Source: Takakia lepidozioides
Taxonomy: Eukaryota; Plantae; Bryophyta
NCBI GenBank assembly: GCA_030704615.1
Contig: CM060734.1
Span: 62,310,001-62,374,000 of the forward strand
Length of the DNA stretch: 64,000 nt
Direction: 5' to 3'
The position numbers and the translations under genes were made by a program. Positions 1 through 12,110 of the stretch are shown in pieces. Under the pieces are notes generated by a model, which was not told where the DNA came from, made no database searches, and worked only from the letters and a program-made list of their open reading frames with translations. Position 1 is the first letter of the stretch. The number at the start of each line of letters is the position of its first letter.

Positions 1-419
1 ACGGTTGTAAAGAAAACATTCTTAAGAGAGTGCATGATGCTGACCCTGAATGGGGTCTGGAGAAAGGAGTGATAAAGATTTATCAGGTGGCCTGTAGAGG
101 AAGAGCACGTTGGTTACCAACGTTGGTTTATGTGATAGCATTGCTATCCATTAAGCGAGTAGAGTTTGAAGGCTGGGAAGAAAGAAAGGTGAATGTTTAT
201 ACTCATATGCATGAAGAGCTTGTACTGGTAAAGAATTGGATTCGAAAGGATATTTTGTGGATCAAACTCACACCAAGAACAACTTTCCAGACTTGTTTGC
301 CATATGGTTATATGGTAACGGAGACTTCAAGTATAGCCAAGGGTGCATTGAAGCTTGAAAGAAACCCAGGCATATACGAGAGATATTACAGAAGAGAGTT
401 TTGGTTATTGCCACATTAA
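1..419 (+). CDS. 3' part of an extra 5' ORF (ORF0) of family A, unknown function
   Basis: Same peptide (DADPEWGLEKGVIKIYQVACRG...) is read on the minus strand at 10822-11200, directly after the PBS of copy 2. Confidence 0.6.
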   Translation, partial: GCKENILKRVHDADPEWGLEKGVIKIYQVACRGRARWLPTLVYVIALLSIKRVEFEGWEERKVNVYTHMHEELVLVKNWIRKDILWIKLTPRTTFQTCLPYGYMVTETSSIAKGALKLERNPGIYERYYRREFWLLPH

Positions 420-440
420 AAGAAATGAAAGACATGGGAC

Positions 441-1133
441 ATGAGTGATGAAAGAGAAGCTAGACGCCAAAGATATTCAGCAAAAAGAGAAAGCTATTTG
501 AAAGCTAATTATCCATATCTTTGGGAGAGAGGAATAGACATAGGGGAATCATATGGACCTCTCACACCATTAAGATCAAAGAGTACATCACCCATACCGG
601 AAGAACTAGAGTTGGATGCCACTCCTTATGTTTCTTTGCAAGAGAGATTAAGGGAATTGGTACGAGAAGAAGATCAATCACGAGGTGAAAGATCTGAGGT
701 ACATCCCTGGATAAAAGATTTGACAGAAATCTTTGATAAGAGTTGGCATGGAACACCGAAAGCAGGAACTCCAGTTTCTGAAGCGGAAGGTGAAGAAGGA
801 GGAGAGGATGTGGCAGAGCCAACGGAGAGTTCAGACTCTCCAACACCATTGCAGTTGAGTTACATGAGTGAAGAAGAAACCCAAGGGCAGAACTTGGAGG
901 ATGAAAACAGGGAGAAGAAATTGGAAGAGGAAGAATATGAAGAAGTAGACCCAACGGCTGAGGTTGAGACTACAACCAAGACATCCCAACCCGTTGGACC
1001 TGGATCAAGTGGAGCACTTGGATCACAGGCCAACGAAGGTGTCGGCTCAGGGGGATCAGGCGGGCTGCCTGGATCTGGCTCTGGGGGACAGGGAGTGTGG
1101 GAAGTAGTGCAACTGGAGCTGGGAATACTGTGA
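441..1133 (+). CDS. Acidic/Gly-rich ORF upstream of, or the frameshifted N-terminus of, gag
   Basis: 230-aa ATG-initiated ORF, E-rich; its end overlaps the gag frame. Confidence 0.55.
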   Translation: MSDEREARRQRYSAKRESYLKANYPYLWERGIDIGESYGPLTPLRSKSTSPIPEELELDATPYVSLQERLRELVREEDQSRGERSEVHPWIKDLTEIFDKSWHGTPKAGTPVSEAEGEEGGEDVAEPTESSDSPTPLQLSYMSEEETQGQNLEDENREKKLEEEEYEEVDPTAEVETTTKTSQPVGPGSSGALGSQANEGVGSGGSGGLPGSGSGGQGVWEVVQLELGIL

Positions 1134-1801
1134 ATATCGTGGGGCCAGTAGCAGGGAGTGTTCAAGGGCCACCACTTGGTGGAAGATCCACCACAACAAC
1201 AACAAGTCCTGAAGGACCAGCACCAGCAAGGGTGCCAGCACCTGTCAGTGGGCAGAAGGTAGGGCCACAGATGGCGTTACAACCAACACGGGCAAAACCA
1301 CCTTTTCCAATATATTCAGGAAAAGGGGATCCCGATGTACACATTAGCCAATTTGAGCACATGTGTATAGTGAACAATGAGAATGGCAATGATGCCAAGA
1401 TGAGATTGTTTCCTTGTTCACTTATCAAGAAAGCAAGTGAATGGTATGCAAGATTCCCTGATAATCATTTCCTAACCTGGAATGGCTTGAATACAACATT
1501 CCGAAATAGGTTCAGGACAAGTAAAACTGAGGATGAAGTGTATGGAAGTTTACAACAGTTAAAGCAAAAGAAGCATGAAACTGTTGAGGAGTATATGGAA
1601 AAGATGGAATTGATGATGAAAAAGCTGGCTGCTGTACCAGCACCATGTTTACAGAAGACTTGGTTTGTGAGTGGACTAAGACCAGAGTTGCAGAAGAAAG
1701 TGGATATGTTACCCCATAATACAGTGGAGACATTTGAAACTGCAAACAGAATTGAGCAATTGGGAATGCTCAGGAGAGAGAAAAAGGATGATGAGGACTC
1801 T
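1097..1801 (+). CDS. gag: Retrotransposon Gag (capsid region), truncated at ~1801
   Basis: PIYSGKGDPDVHISQF...RLFPCSLIKKASEWY...TWNGLNTTFRNRF...LKQKKHETVEEY, typical Retrotrans_gag motifs. Confidence 0.88.
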
Positions 1802-3497
1802 GAGCACCACAATCCTGCAGAAACAAACGATTGCTACTCCACAGGCGGTACAGTTACTGAAGGAGCTGCGATTGGAAGGATTGCAAAGCAAAGATTGGAC
1901 ATTGCACCATAGACAGTACATGCGGTGAAGGGAGTTGAATTAGAAATTACTCCCCTATACCTACAGCAATTGTTTGAATTGCCATCAGGTCAGGTGCATG
2001 TGGAGGAGCACAGGGCAAGACTCCAAATAGGGGACTTATTCCAAGAAGGGAGTTTCTTTAAAACTCAGGGTTATGCTTGTACCAAGGCCGTCTACCCAGG
2101 GCTAAGGGAGGTAGGCCAGGTATTGAATGTTCTGTTTGCCATGAAACAAAACCAATAGTATTTGAGCAGATCCTTCACAGAGGAAATACTCAAAGCCCTG
2201 AGAGGAGAAGAGGTAGCATGGGCGGACATAATGTACAACGCACTGGTAGAGGAGATGAAAAGATTACAGGGCACTGCCGCAAAGTCTCCTATCATAGTGT
2301 CTTGCCCAATCATTGCTCAAATAATTCTTGATTCTTGCATACTTGATGCTCGGGAAAGAAAGGAGATGGGAGTGTTTGAGACTGAAACCACTGCAATGGA
2401 AGAGCAAGGCTCTTCACACAGTGAGGGTGGACTGGCAAGGCAACCCCATACTAAGAGACAGAGGCGGGGAAAGACTGTAGTGGCGGATCCACTGGCTTCA
2501 CGAAAACCGCATGATAGTGTTTCCCAAGCTCTTGTGCAGGAAGGGGCACAACAGCACAGAGAACTGCTATTATTGGAAGCAGGACCTTCAGAGAGGGAAG
2601 AGGAAGTTACTTCAGTATCACAGCCATCACAGCTAGATGATCGGCTTGTCACAGAGTTACCACAAGTTGTCCATGCAGTTCCACCAGAAATAATTGATTT
2701 GGAGAAAGAAGGGTTAGATATTCCCACTACAGAACAGGTGGTGGCAGAAATTGAGAAGGGGGACCTTCTCTATGAATATTCTGGTCTAGTCAGGGAAACA
2801 GTGATTCCGGAGGTGCAACGGTTGTCCAGGGGAAACCCTGCGGTGCATATAATACACACACCTGTGACGGAGGTACCACATGTAGAATGTCAAGACACTG
2901 CAGCACCGGTGACGGATGAAGTGGTTCAGGAAGAAAATCTGGTGGGGCAATGGCCTGAGTGGTGTGTGAGGCATCACACTGTTGAGGATCAGGGAGAACA
3001 GCAGCAAGCTCACCATGATGACCCTCAACAGGCCATGCTTATGAGTTCCATAAGCAGGACACTTAATTTGTTGGGTACTTATGTCAAATCTCATGTTCCA
3101 ACTATCCAATTGGCAGCTTTGCGGGAGGAACTCAGGAAGGAGTTTGAGGCTCGACTTGCCACTGAGTGTGCAAACAAGGTCGATGAAGAGGTCACTCTCA
3201 AGATGCAGCAAGACTTAGAGAGTACAGAAGCGGCTTTGCAATTGGCCAAGGAACAATTGATTGAGGCAGGCCTCGCGCAAGACCAGTTGCACGAAGCACA
3301 TAAGCAACAACTATACCAAATGCAGGTGAAGCATGAAAGCAAGTTGCAAGAAGTGAATGCACTACATACAGAGTTGCAGACAGTGCATGACAGGATGGCC
3401 ATACAATGTGCTACACTCACAACTATGCTTGACCAAGCTACAATAGAAATAAACAGTCAAGCGGAAAGATGTACAAAGGCAGAGGCAGAGAATGTTG
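1802..3497 (+). repeat. Ectopic ~1.7-kb duplicate of accessory ORF segment 6304-8038, occupying the position of protease and RT
   Basis: Begins GAGCACCACAATCCTGCAGAAAC (cf. 6304) and ends GAGAATGTT (cf. ~8038); high identity visible throughout. Confidence 0.92.
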
Positions 3498-3958
3498 AGC
3501 AAGTATTTCATGTTCACTGCGATGCATCAGGAGAAGTGTTGGGAGCGGTGTTAGCCCAGAATGTTACAGGAAATATAGATTCACCTATGTACTATGCTAG
3601 CAGGTTGATGAACAGTGCTGAAAGGAACTATAACACAATGGAAAGAGAAGCATTGGCAATGATCTATGCAGTGAAGAAATTCAGGCATTACCTGTTGGGC
3701 AAGAAGTTTATGTTCTATGTGGATCACCAGGCTCTGATATACCTGGTAAACAAACCTCTGATAAGCGGAAGAATAGCAAGATGGTTGATAATCTTGCACG
3801 AGTTTGAGTTCGAGGTTGTTTACAAGCCTGGGAGACTGCATCTTGTGGCGGATCACTTGTCACGGTTATCAACAGGAGAACCAGCCACAAGAATAGATGA
3901 TCAATTACCAGATGCGAGTCTGTTTGCAGTGGAGGTGCAGGGAAGTGCAGATGACTAG
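3498..3958 (+). CDS. Ty3/gypsy RNase H domain
   Basis: FHVHCDASGEVLGAVLAQ...YYASRLMNSAERNYNTMEREALA...YVDHQAL...HLVADHLSR. Confidence 0.93.
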
Positions 3959-4066
3959 TTAGATTGGCAGTGGCCAATCAGATACTACCTTGCTCATGGT
4001 CAGTGCCCACCTAGTTATGGTAAGGAGCAGAGGAAGAGAATCGCTATCAAAGCTTTACCTTATACT

Positions 4067-5215
4067 ATGGTAGGAAGCAGAATGTATAAGCTAGGACCTG
4101 ATGGAGTACTAAAACGATGCTTGTACCACCATGAAGTAAATAAAGTTTTGGAGGAAGTTCATAAAGGAGTGGCTGGAGGTCATTTTGGAGAAGAGACTAC
4201 CAGTAGGAAGATACTACTCGCAGGTTACTGGTGGCCTACTTTGTTCAAAGATGTACACGAGTATTGTCAGAGTTGTGATGAATGTCAGAGGCTAGGACCT
4301 TTGCAGAGATCTGGAAGGATGGCATTGCATCCTACAATGCCTACGGAACCATTTCAGAAATGGGGACTAGACTTTGTTGGACCAATTAACCCACCAGCCA
4401 AGAATACACGAAACAGGTACATAATTACAGCCACTGATTATACTACGAAGTGGGTGGAAGCTAAAGCTTTGAGGGACAACACAGCCAAGTCCACAGCAAG
4501 GTTCCTGTATGAGAACATACTTACACGATTTGGCTGTCCCTTAGAATTTATCAGTGATCAGGGAAGTCACTTCATGAATGAGACCATTGAGTTGTTGACT
4601 AAAGAGTTCATGATTATACATAGAAAGAGTACAACATATTACCCACATGGTAATGGGCAGGCAGAGGCTACCAACAAAATACTATGTACAATCTTGGCTA
4701 AGATAGTCAATGCAAACAGAACAGATTGGGATACAAAGCTGCTGACAGCTTTGTGGTCATACAAGACTTCATATAAAGTCACCACTAAGTATACACCATT
4801 CCAATTAGTTTATGGTATGAAAGCCTTACTTCCAGTGGAATTCCTGTTACCTACCATGAGAACGGAGTGGGGAAAGAGAATGGAATTGCAAGATTCCATT
4901 AAGGTCAGGAAACATGAATTATACCATGTGGAAGAAGTACGTGCTGATGCATCTGATAATATGACCAGAATTCAGATGAAGAGAAAGGAACAGTTTGATG
5001 AAGGCAAGTTAAAGACTTTTAAGACGGGGGATTTGGTTCTATGGTTGCAGAAGAAAGGAAAGATTAAAGCTTCTAAGCTTAAATCACCATGGAAAGGACC
5101 TTATGTCATACAAAAGATGTATGATAACAACACCGCCATGTTACAAACCATTAACAAAGAAATGTTGGGAAGAGTCAATGCCAATAAGTTAAAAGGATAC
5201 AGTGGTATCCATGAC
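4067..5215 (+). CDS. Ty3/gypsy integrase (HHCC, DDE core, GPY/F), N-terminal part of ORF 4067-7072
   Basis: VHKGVAGGHFG...CQSCDECQ; KWGLDFVGP; SDQGSHF; NGQAEATNK; WKGPYVI; no chromodomain seen. Confidence 0.95.
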
Positions 5216-5344
5216 AAACCATTGCAGCATGATTTGCATGTTGAAACGCAAGAGCAGTCACGGGCTGCACCAGTGTTACCAACGGAGTATGGAGCACTTG
5301 TCGCTAGGCCAAGCATATATGACCAGGGTGGGCGGAAAAGGCGA

Positions 5345-5555
5345 AATACAACCTATCACAGCCCATCACAACGTGACACAGCCTATCGCAGCCCAGCACG
5401 ACGCAACACAGCCTATCACAGCCCAGCACGGCACAACACAGCCTATCACAACCTACCACCGAATGTCACAGCCTATCACAGCTTATCACAGTGCATCACA
5501 GCCTATCACAACGTACCACAGTATGACACAGCCTGTCACATCTCAACACAGCCTA
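5345..5555 (+). repeat. 30-bp tandem repeat x~7 (ACAGCCTATCACA core) that keeps the reading frame
   Basis: Encodes NTTYHSPSQR/DTAYRSPARR/NTAYHSPARH/...; shares the CACAGC motif with the LTR repeats. Confidence 0.88.
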
Positions 5556-6265
5556 CTAGGGTTACACGATCCATAGAATCAGTGACAGGTGGAAGCACAA
5601 TAACTTTAGGAAAATGGCTGACGGAAGAAAAGACGAAAACCAGTTTAAAAATAGACACGTGGAAGACAGGGCGCGACACACAGCTGAGAAGGAAGTGCAA
5701 GAACAGGTGTCATAAAGAAACAGGACAAGAATGGCCGTCAAAATACCTAATCAGCGCGTCAAAATGGATGAAAGGCGGGCCCATTAATGAATACGGTAAA
5801 AGGGGAACGGAACAAACGGCAAGTACAGAAAAGCGAAATTCTTGTCACATGTGTGATCCTAGTGGACTATCCAGCAGGGAAAGTCCACTAAAGAAAATGA
5901 AATCTAAAATCAAGTCACAGTGGTTACAGCCAATAGAAAGCCAGAGAAAGGATCAAGAAATTGGAGGGAAATTAAGCGCAAGAGGCGGCGTCGTTCTGAG
6001 TAACGGGCGTCTCGACGGGACAGACCATCAATGCTATAGCTTGGAAACTATGGAGGAACTAACAGACTATACGCTCGCAATATTACTTACGCAGTGGCAT
6101 AGACACGAAAGAACAGAGCGGAGCTTTTCTCTTGAACGATGCTTGCAAGCTCCACAGGCTTACAAGAAATTACCCATAGCTTTTTGTGGCAACCATACGT
6201 TTATGCTTTGTGCACTACAGGCATTTCTGCAGTTGTTACAGCCAAAACATTTCTGTGAGTCTAAA

Positions 6266-9200
6266 ATGAAGAGAGTGAGAGGAATGGAGGAAATCAGGGT
6301 GAAGAGCACCACAATTCTGCAGAAACAAACGATTGCTACCCCACAGGCGATACAGATACTGAAGGAGCTGAGATTGCAAGGATTGCAAAGCATAGATTGG
6401 ACATTACACCATAGACAGTACATGTTACAATTTTTGCACAACTTTGAGCCAAGGACAGGAACAACAACGGTGAAGGGAGTTGAATTAGTAATTATTCCCC
6501 TATACCTCCAGCAATTGTTTCGATTGCCAGCAGGTCAGGTGCATGTGGAGGAACACAGGGCAAGACTGCAAATAGGGGACTTATTCCAAGAAGGGAGTTT
6601 CTTTAAAACTCAAGGTTATGCTTGTACCAAGGCCGTGTTCCCAGGGCTAAAGGAGGTAGGCCAGGTATTGAACGTTCTGATTGCCATGAAACAGAACCAA
6701 CAGTATTTGAGCAGATCCTTCACGGAAGAAATACTCAAAGCCCTGAAAGGACAAGAGGTAGAATGGGCGGACATAATGTACAACGCACTGGTGGAGGAGA
6801 TGAAAAGATTACAAGGTACTACCGCAAAGTCTCCTATCATAGTGTCTGGCCCAATCATTGCTCAAATAATTCTTGATTCTGGCATACTTGATGCGCAAGA
6901 AAGAAAGGAGATGGGAGTGTTTGAGCCAGAAACCACTCCAATGGAAGAGCAAGGCTCTTCACACAGTGAGGGTGGACTAGCAGGGCAACCCAAGACTAAG
7001 AGGCAGAGACGGGGAAAGACTGTAGTGGCAGATCCACTGGCTTCACGGATTCCGCATGATAATGTTTCCTAAGCTCATGTGCAGGAAGGGGCACAGCAGC
7101 ATAGAGAAATGCTATTACTGGAAGCAGGACCTTCAGAGAGGGAGGAGGAAGTTACTTCAGTATCACAACCATCACAGCCAGCTGATCGGCTTGTCACGAG
7201 GTTACAAGTTGTCCATGCAGCTCAACCATAAATAATTGATTTGGAAAAAGAAGGGTTAGATATTTCAACTACAGAACAGATAGTGGCAGAAATTGAGAAG
7301 GGGGACCTTCTCTATGAATATTCTGGTCTGGTCACGGAGACAGAGATTCCAGAGGTGCAACAGTTGCCCAAGGGAAATCCTGAGGTGCATATAATACACA
7401 CACCTGTGTCGGAGGTACCACAGGTAGAAGGTCATGACACTGCAGCACCGGTGATAGATGAAGTGGTTCAGGAAGAAAATCCGGTGGGACAATGGCCTAA
7501 GTGGTTCGTGAGACATCACACGGTTGAGGATCAGGAGGAACAGCAGCAACCTCACCATGATGACCCTCAACAGGCAATGCTGATGAGTTCTATAGGCAGG
7601 ACACTTAATTTGTTGGGGACTTATGTCAAATCCCATGTTCCAACTACCCAATTGACAGCCTTGAGAGAGGAACTCAGGAAGGAGTTTGAGGCTCGACTAG
7701 CCACTGAGTGTGCAAACAAGGTCGATGAAGTGGTCATTCTCAAGATGCAGCAGAACTTGGAAAATACAGAAGCGGCTTTGCAATTGGCCAAGGAACAATT
7801 GATTGAGGCAGGCCTCGCGCAAGACCAGTTGCACGAAGCACATAAACAACAGCTATACCAAATGCAGGTGCAACATGAAAGCAAGTTGCAAGAAGTGAAT
7901 GCACTACATATGGAGTTGCAGACAGTGCATGACAGGATGACGATACAATGTGCTACATTCACAACTATGCTTGACCAATCTACAAAAGAAATAAACAGTC
8001 AAGCGGAAAAATGTACGAAGGCAGAAGAAGAGAATGTTAAGCAAATGAAATTCATTGTCGATATGAAGAATACAATCTGTTGCAATGAGGATACTTTCAA
8101 GCAATACAGGCAGGTTGAAGCTGATCAAGAGAAGTACATCATGGAGTTGCAACAAACGCTCGTGGCCAATAGAAATGAAATCACGGTCACTAACAAGGCT
8201 TGGAAGGAAGCTAATAATCTACTTGCTGCTTATGCGAATTTGGTTGAACCTCATGCGAAGCGCATGGAGGCTTTACAACAGCAGTTAGAAGTGTACAAGC
8301 TAAGAGAGGAGCAAACTCTCAGGGGAACCACAAGCAACTTGGTGGATAACAGCCTTATGCAGGTCTGGTTAGCACAAGGGCCAGTAGAGGGCAAAGCACC
8401 ACGAAAGCTCACCCAAAGCGAGATGAATGAGCTCAGACTGCAAGTGCAGAACATTGCCACAACTACTATAGACAATGTCTATAGTAGGATAGCAGAGTTA
8501 CAGGAGGATGTAGATGGACTGCAGACTCAAGTGGAGGACCTCACTTCAAATATCGACAAAAGAGTCTATATTCCTCAGGAACAGCTAATGGCTTCTTATT
8601 TACAAGCCAGAACTTTGGCTTTTCAGTCTTCACAGGAGGTGCAAGAAATGCCAATGATACAAGAGCCAGTACCACCAACACCACAACAAGTCACTGTACC
8701 AGTACCTGAACCTGTTGTTACTACAACCACACCGCCCACCACAGCCTGAGGTATGGGGGAATGCTGCTTTTAACCCACCTAAAACTCCAGCTGCAAGGGA
8801 GTACAGTAGGGCTATGATTATGCCCTTCAACCAAATTCCCATCATGTTGGATTTGGCTTGGAAAGAATTTAGTCCTCCGCAGTCATTCGCACATTACTAC
8901 CAAATCATGCGCATTTGGCTGCCAGTGGCAACTAGGACTAAAGTTCTTCCGAACAATCGACCAATTGAGGATCATCACTTTGCACAGTACTGGCACGAGG
9001 CAGGTACCATGTTGAGGGAATTAATTGCTTTCCAAGTTATACATGGATTCATTTATACCAAGACCAAGGAGGTAGCAAGTATTGTCATGGGATGCGGGCT
9101 ATACTACGCTGCTTGTTTTTTGGTACGTTATCACATTGAGCAACAGAAGATGCAATCGCGCTTTCTAAGTTATTCTAGTGGGGATCATTGGATCTTACCT

Positions 9201-9795
9201 TCAGTGCCACCTCATATGTACCTATATGAGGCAAAAGTTATGATGCAAAAGGATTCTCAAATTCGTTCATGTTTTCAAGCGGCCTGGAACAATTTGTCAA
9301 CACAGAAATTCGGCATTGATGATATTTTCTATAAGGGACATGTGGCATGGAATACTTGCACGCTGCACAAGTAATTGGTACCCCCCTCACCTGGACAGAC
9401 AAGGAGCTCAGTATCTACACCAATTTTGCTGTTCAGCGGTTACAGCAAGTTGTAAAATATAAACTTCCAGACATGGTAGGACAACATTGTATGCCCCAGA
9501 GGATTCCACAAAAAGTTCGAAAATTAAAACACCTGAGAGGCGATGAGGATTCTGATACAACTGTTTCTTCACCGGATTCTTTTGACATGGGAGAAGACTA
9601 TGCAATTCAGATGGCAGAGAAGAAGTGACGGGGGTCTCCTATGCCTGAAAGGTTACCTCGATATCAGTCTCCAGAGGGCCTCACTTATCCAGGTAGTGTT
9701 CAAACATCTCCGTCAACCAGTGACAGACCTCGGGCTCGTACACACAGTCCGCCACGAAACTCTCAACGTCAGAAAGGTGCTCACTCACAAAGGTT
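6266..9795 (+). pseudogene. Large sense-strand 3' accessory ORF of family A (putative plant-transposon-protein/env-like N domain, long coiled coil, unknown C domain), disrupted
   Basis: ORF pieces ..7072, 7241-8749, 8715-9374, 9347-9628; MLQFLHNF...VKGVELVIIPLYLQQLFRLP and ALKGQEVEWADIMY...PIIAQII resemble Athila/Tat accessory ORFs; heptad-rich 7650-8560. Confidence 0.75.
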
Positions 9796-9852
9796 TGCTA
9801 ATCGCAATCAGTAAACCGTGAGGACACGGCTTTTTGAGAGGGGAAGGGGTAA

Positions 9853-10821
9853 TTTAGAGGACTGTCTGGGACTTAGACACTTATACGGGATCTGTAAGGT
9901 ACCCTTAATTTTAGCACAGACTGAGACCAACAGGAGCCTTAGGGGTGACAACAGCGCATTGTAGAGGGGAGTTACACAGCCCGTCACAGCCAACACAGCC
10001 GACACATATCCACACAGTCAGCACAGCTCGTCACAGCCCGACAAAGCCAACACAGCCACACAGCCACATCTCCAGCCACGACACAGCCCAACCAGCCAAA
10101 CACAGTCGCACAGCCAGTCACAGCCCGTCACAGTTTCACACACAGCCAGTCACAGCTTGACACAGCTGTCACGACCATAAGGAACGGAGAGCAGGACAGG
10201 GAACGACTGTGGGGAACAACACCTGCAAATGGAACATGTTAGTTCACGGACGACGGTTTTAGTGAGGAAACGGTTAGAGCCACGGTAGGAAGATAAAGCG
10301 AGAAGCAAGGACTGAGAGGGGATTCTTGGAAGCACTTCACGGGGGAGGACTTCTTGGTCATGCATGAGAGGGGATCGGGCGGAGAGCAAGAACAGAAGCA
10401 AAGATGGAGAGCACGGTGAAGGACGATGATTAGTAGATGCTTGTTATATGCAAAGCTGTAGTGATATTGTAGAGCAGATAAGAGACACAATGGCTTCGGC
10501 CTGATACCTGATAAATCATAATCTGATACTTATACGATACAATCACACTGTGTAGAGAGATCTGAGTGAAGCTGTGGAATGAATGGATGTTTGATGGAAT
10601 CCGATAGATTGATGAAGCAATTTGATACTTAATTATCAATGGTAAGGTAGCTAACATGAATGCGGAAAGGGAAACAAATAAGAAAACCCCCCATGATACA
10701 CTAGCTGTAGGTCATGACTGATTGTTCTGCGCGGGCTGAGTACTTAGAGATTTCCAACTCTTCTATCTTGGAGTTTCCGCCTTGGATAGCGAAGGGATGG
10801 GTGAGTAAAAGCCGCGCGACA
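9853..10821 (+). repeat. 3' LTR of family A copy 1 (~970 bp)
   Basis: Follows the PPT; homologous to 22029-22979 and, inverted, to 11223-12110 and 18835-19706; ends CGACA; internal CACAGC minisatellite at ~9975-10170. Confidence 0.93.
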
Positions 10822-12110
10822 TTTACCAGTACAAGCTCTTCATGCATATGAGTAAAAACATTCACCTTTATTTCCTCCCAGCCTTCAAACTCTACTCGCT
10901 TAATGGATAGCAATGCTATCACATAAACCAGTGTTGGTAACCAACGTGCTCTTCCTCTACAGGCCACCTGATAAATCTTTATCACTCCTTTCTCCAGACC
11001 CCATTCAGGGTCAGCATCATGCACTCTTTTAAGAATGTTTTCTTTACAACCGTCTGGCAATTCCAAGAACCTCTGAAAGAATCGTTTGGACAATCTTTCC
11101 TTTTCGGTTTCACAGGGAATTTGATTCACATCAAATTCTTTAATTCTCCAACCACCATGATCCCACCTGATGCCTGTCACATCTGGTTGTTCATGACCCA
11201 GTTCCCCAGTATGGTCGCCAAATGTCACGCGGCTTTTACTCACCCATCCCTTCGCTATCCGAGGCGGAAACTCCAAGATAGAAGAGTTGGAAATCTCTAA
11301 GCACTCAGCCCGCTCAGAACAATCAGTCATGACCTACAGCTAGTGTATCATGGGGGTGTTTCCTATTTGTTTTCCTTACCGCTTTCATGTTAGCTACTTA
11401 CCTTACTGTTGGTAATTAAGTATCAGTTTGCTTCAGCAATCTATCGGATTCCATCAACTCATCCATTCATTCCACAGCTTCACTCAGATCTCTCTACACA
11501 GTGTGAGTATGAAGTATGTATCAGATTATATCTATCAAGTATCAGGCTGAAGCCATGGAGTCTCTATCTGCTCTACATTACAACTCTACTGCTTGCATTC
11601 ATTAAGCATCAACGGATCGTCCTCCTCCTACTCCGTGCTCTCCCTCTTTCTGCTCAGAGATGCGCTCTCTGCCTCATTTCCCCCAGTGATGTCCGAAGTC
11701 CCCCCAAGAAGTGCTCCCAGAATTAGTGATCCTTTTCCAGTCCTTGCTCCTGGCTTTATCTTCCTACCCGTTGTTCTAACCGTTTCCCTCACTAACCGTC
11801 ATCCATGAACTAACATGTTCCATTCGCAGGTGTTGTTCCCTCACAGTCGTTCCCTGTCCTGTTATCCGGTCCCTATGGTCGTGACAGTTGTTTCAAGCTG
11901 TGACTGGCTGTGCGACTGTGTTGGGCTGTGTCGGCTGTGTCGAGCTGTGACTGGCTGTGTCGGCTGTGTCGGACTGTGACCGGATGTGTAACCCCCCCTA
12001 AAGTGCGCTGATGTCACCCCTAAGGCTCTTGTTGGTCTCAGTCTGTGCAAAAATTAAGGGTACCCCACAGATCCCGTAAAAGTGTCTAAGTCCCTGACAG
12101 TCCTCTAACA
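10822..12110 (-). mobile_element. Family A copy 2: 5' LTR (11223-12110), PBS and ORF0, interrupted by copy 1
   Basis: LTR TGTTAGAGG...GCGTGACA on the minus strand, followed by PBS and ORF0. Confidence 0.9.
11203..11220 (-). promoter_or_regulatory. Primer-binding site, probably tRNA-Arg
   Basis: TGGCGACCATACTGGGGA 2 nt after the LTR; resembles the Ogre/Tat Arg PBS TGGCGACTCCACTGGGGA. Confidence 0.75.

Larger units (their letters stand above)
1..10821 (+). mobile_element. Ty3/gypsy non-chromovirus (Athila/Tat-like) LTR retrotransposon, family A copy 1; 5' LTR lies upstream of the window; rearranged, lacks PR-RT
   Basis: Order: extra ORFs, gag, RNase H, integrase, accessory ORF, PPT (GAGAGGGGAAGGGGTAA), 3' LTR ending ...GCCGCGCGACA at 10821. 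Confidence 0.93.

Noticed and set aside
562-9821. Numerous antisense ORFs in family A
   Set aside because: They are shadows of sense ORFs and carry no domain motifs.
10701-11330. 209-aa ORF as a gene
   Set aside because: It is chimeric across LTR, PBS, ORF0 and an inverted LTR junction.
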